Below are positions 30,912 through 32,015 of a stretch of DNA of 32,015 nt, in pieces. The position numbers and the translations under genes were made by a program. Under the pieces are notes generated by a model. The model saw only the letters and a list, made by a program, of their open reading frames with translations, made no database searches and was not told where the DNA came from. The first letter of the stretch is position 1, and the number at the start of each line of letters is the position of its first letter. Source of the stretch: Gammaproteobacteria bacterium (GTDB taxonomy: Bacteria > Pseudomonadota > Gammaproteobacteria > Natronospirales > REEB76); the NCBI GenBank assembly GCA_036502565.1, contig DASXYJ010000092.1, positions 1 to 32,015 on the forward strand. Direction: 5' to 3'.

Positions 30912-31808
30912 TCAGCGGCGCGGGCGGGCGCCGAGTGCCAGCAGCCCCAGCGCCACGAACACCAGCAACATGCCCGCCAGTTCCGAATCCGCCGGGTGTT
31001 CGCCCAATTGCAGCCAGCCCGCGAGCACTCCCACCACGGGACCGGCCAGGGAAGCCAGGCCGCTGAAGGTGGCGGACAGGCGTCCCACCACGAACAGCCA
31101 CATCCCCCAGCCGATGGCGGTGGAGGGTATGACGTTGTAGAACAGCGTCCAGTCGAAGGTCCAGGTCCACTGTATAGGAGGCGAGGGCACCAGCCAGGCG
31201 ATGATCACCAGCGGGATGGCACCCAGCACCATCTGCCACGCGGTGAGGGACAACAGATCCCAGGACCCGTGCACCGGCGTCTTCTTGGCGATGATCACCG
31301 ACACGCCCCAGGCCATGCCCGCGCAGAGCGCCAACAGGCAGCTGAAGAGGTCCGGCGCCTTCTGCCAGGGCGAGAAGATGAGCAGCAGGCCGGTGAAGGC
31401 GAGACCCACCGCCAGCCACTGCATGCCCTTGAGACGCTCGCCCAGGAAGAACGGCGCCAGCAGGATCACCCAGAAGGGCATGGTGTAACCCAGCACCGCG
31501 CTCTTGCCGGCGCTGCCGGAGACCAGTGCCCAGCAGATGAGGCCGATGAACAGCGTGGTCTGGAACAGGCCCAGCCAGAAGGCGCGCAGCGGATAGCGGG
31601 GCCAGAAGGGTTTGCGCATCACCAGCAGGACCAGCAACAGCGCGATCCCGCCGAGCGAAGTGCGCAGGGCGGCGAACACGAAGGGCCCCGCGTACTGCAG
31701 CGCCAGCTTCATGGCCACCCAGTTGTAGCCCCAGATGAGCGTGAGGATGCCGAGTGAGATCAGCGCGGCCTGGTCCGGCTTGGCCGGCTGCGTCGCGGGC
31801 GCGTTCAT
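30912..31808 (-). CDS. DMT-superfamily (EamA-like) transporter
   Basis: 298 aa with about 10 hydrophobic helices in two similar halves, typical of EamA. Its ATG overlaps the stop of the upstream NUDIX gene (ATGA at 31805-31808). Confidence 0.85.
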   Translation of the reverse strand: MNAPATQPAKPDQAALISLGILTLIWGYNWVAMKLALQYAGPFVFAALRTSLGGIALLLVLLVMRKPFWPRYPLRAFWLGLFQTTLFIGLICWALVSGSAGKSAVLGYTMPFWVILLAPFFLGERLKGMQWLAVGLAFTGLLLIFSPWQKAPDLFSCLLALCAGMAWGVSVIIAKKTPVHGSWDLLSLTAWQMVLGAIPLVIIAWLVPSPPIQWTWTFDWTLFYNVIPSTAIGWGMWLFVVGRLSATFSGLASLAGPVVGVLAGWLQLGEHPADSELAGMLLVFVALGLLALGARPRR

Positions 31809-32015
31809 CGGGCCGCCTTGTTGGGATCGCTGTGGTTCAGCACCGCGAAGGAGCGGCCCGCTTCCTCCTCGAACCAGCCCTTTATCAAGCGGTAGGAGAT
31901 GGAACGGCTCGGCGGCATCATCAGGCCCTGGTTCACGGCGTCGGCGATGTCGTCCCGCGAGAACCAGTCGGCGTGTTCCAGCTCGCCGTCGTTGCAGTTG
32001 ATGGTGCGGCTGGTA
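31805..32015 (-). CDS. NUDIX hydrolase, NudC-like NAD(+) diphosphatase (C-terminal ~70 aa; 5' end outside window)
   Basis: This ORF is not in the track because its start lies outside the window. My minus-strand translation from nt 32014 is TSRTINCNDGELEHADWFSRDDIADAVNQGLMMPPSRSISYRLIKGWFEEEAGRSFAVLNHSDPNKAAR*. The E-x-x-x-A-x-WF-x-R-D ... PP-x-SI-x-x-x-LI pattern resembles NudC C-termini. Confidence 0.55.
   Translation of the reverse strand, partial: TSRTINCNDGELEHADWFSRDDIADAVNQGLMMPPSRSISYRLIKGWFEEEAGRSFAVLNHSDPNKAAR

Noticed and set aside
7185-31185. Recurring CTCTATA / TATAG(A/G) strings (for example near 7190, 7940, 10085, 10256, 12372, 15880, 29595, 29791, 30640, 30860, 31170), and an identical 11-mer TATATATGCAT at 17779-17789 and 29791-29801. 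I considered a dispersed motif or planted signal.
   Set aside because: A rough expectation for TATAG at about 67% G+C over both strands of 32 kb is about 15 occurrences, close to what I see. G/C flanks are simply the commoner bases. Inside genes the strings decode as ordinary Leu-Tyr-Ile or Tyr-Ile-Glu codons in frame. The shared 11-mer is a curiosity I cannot support further without genome-wide counts.
1-32015. A mobile element, prophage, defence island, CRISPR array, tRNA or rRNA anywhere in the window.
   Set aside because: I saw no transposase, integrase or recombinase-like translation, no spacer-repeat arrays, no tRNA-like T-arm or acceptor patterns, and no long compositional island. AT-rich dips are confined to short promoter or spacer segments.

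Overview
This is a high-G+C (about two-thirds by eye, not computed) gammaproteobacterial chromosomal core segment. Gene content looks Xanthomonadales-like: two TonB-dependent receptors, tandem dsbA, and a cytochrome c4 / engB / polA neighbourhood. I support 24 protein-coding genes (two cut by the window edges) plus one gene interrupted by an in-frame amber codon. All family calls rest on motifs recognised by eye in the supplied translations; no searches were run. In order: PQQ dehydrogenase (partial), TonB receptor, dsbA x2, cytochrome c4, engB, polA with an upstream mini-lipoprotein, a 2-TM protein, a 170-aa orphan, a PQQ-like beta-propeller lipoprotein, a PaaI thioesterase, a second TonB receptor, a secreted amidase, a DUF885 protein, a small OMP-like protein, a 3-TM protein, an SDR, a carboxylesterase, then a long minus-strand block: nudC(partial)-eamA, a 62-nt gap, and NRDE(pseudo)-S9 peptidase-tamA-tamB joined by overlapping stop/start codons. 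I saw no rRNA, tRNA, CRISPR array, IS/transposase/integrase, or recognisable defence or toxin-antitoxin genes, so this looks like housekeeping/envelope DNA rather than an accessory island. The best candidate for something unannotated is a strand-specific, ~125-nt, four-hairpin RNA with C-rich loops and a U-tract terminator in the oversized polA-engB spacer, the position held by Spot 42/ErsA and, as I recall, sX13. Next is the amber-interrupted first cistron of the tamAB-containing overlapping gene chain. Other observations are lower-interest context or structure notes. Most long ORFs in the track that overlap these genes on the other strand or frame are G+C-driven shadow ORFs.
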